25,239 nucleotides of DNA from Acutalibacteraceae bacterium (GTDB lineage: Bacteria; Bacillota; Clostridia; Oscillospirales; Acutalibacteraceae), in NCBI GenBank assembly GCA_045536615.1, contig JAZSNW010000031.1:1-25239 (forward strand), given 5' to 3'. Within the stretch, counting starts at the first letter, position 1; each line of letters starts with the position of its first letter. This document shows, piece by piece, positions 25,239 through 25,239 of this stretch. A program made the position numbers and the translations under genes. The notes under the pieces were generated by a model, which searched no databases, was not told the DNA's origin, and was given only the letters and a program-made list of their open reading frames with translations.

Positions 25239-25239
25239 G

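Overview
Mostly core chromosome of an AT-rich, probably endospore-forming clostridial Firmicute; the taxon is inferred from gene content and order (Oscillospiraceae/Ruminococcaceae-like). Gene order, left to right: hemW (cut by the window edge and missed by the ORF track) and a stand-alone pduL; a divergent GH94 phosphorylase / GH3 pair; a GTAG-type REP doublet; the conserved pyrH-frr-uppS-cdsA-dxr-rseP-ispG-polC cluster; a G5-M23 peptidase; feoA-feoB plus a 52-aa Cys-rich gene the ORF track missed; three small HTH genes between two identical 25-bp palindromic repeats; then mntP, spoVFB, spoVFA, cca, lspA and a partial ORF on the minus strand. No rRNA, tRNA, CRISPR array, integrase or transposase was seen. 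The best leads are: (1) a PolC that cleanly lacks its DEDDh proofreading domain but keeps all nine PHP metal ligands; (2) a regulator-only HTH islet with a phage-like switch, bounded by direct repeats; (3) a possibly all-phosphorolytic GH94/GH3 pair; (4) a duplicated palindromic operator in the feo operon; (5) two hairpins that seem to act as both terminator and promoter (mntP, and a sigmaK-like promoter for spoVFA); (6) a codon-usage switch inside cca, suggesting a mosaic gene or an assembly chimera. All calls come from motif recognition by eye; no searches were run.
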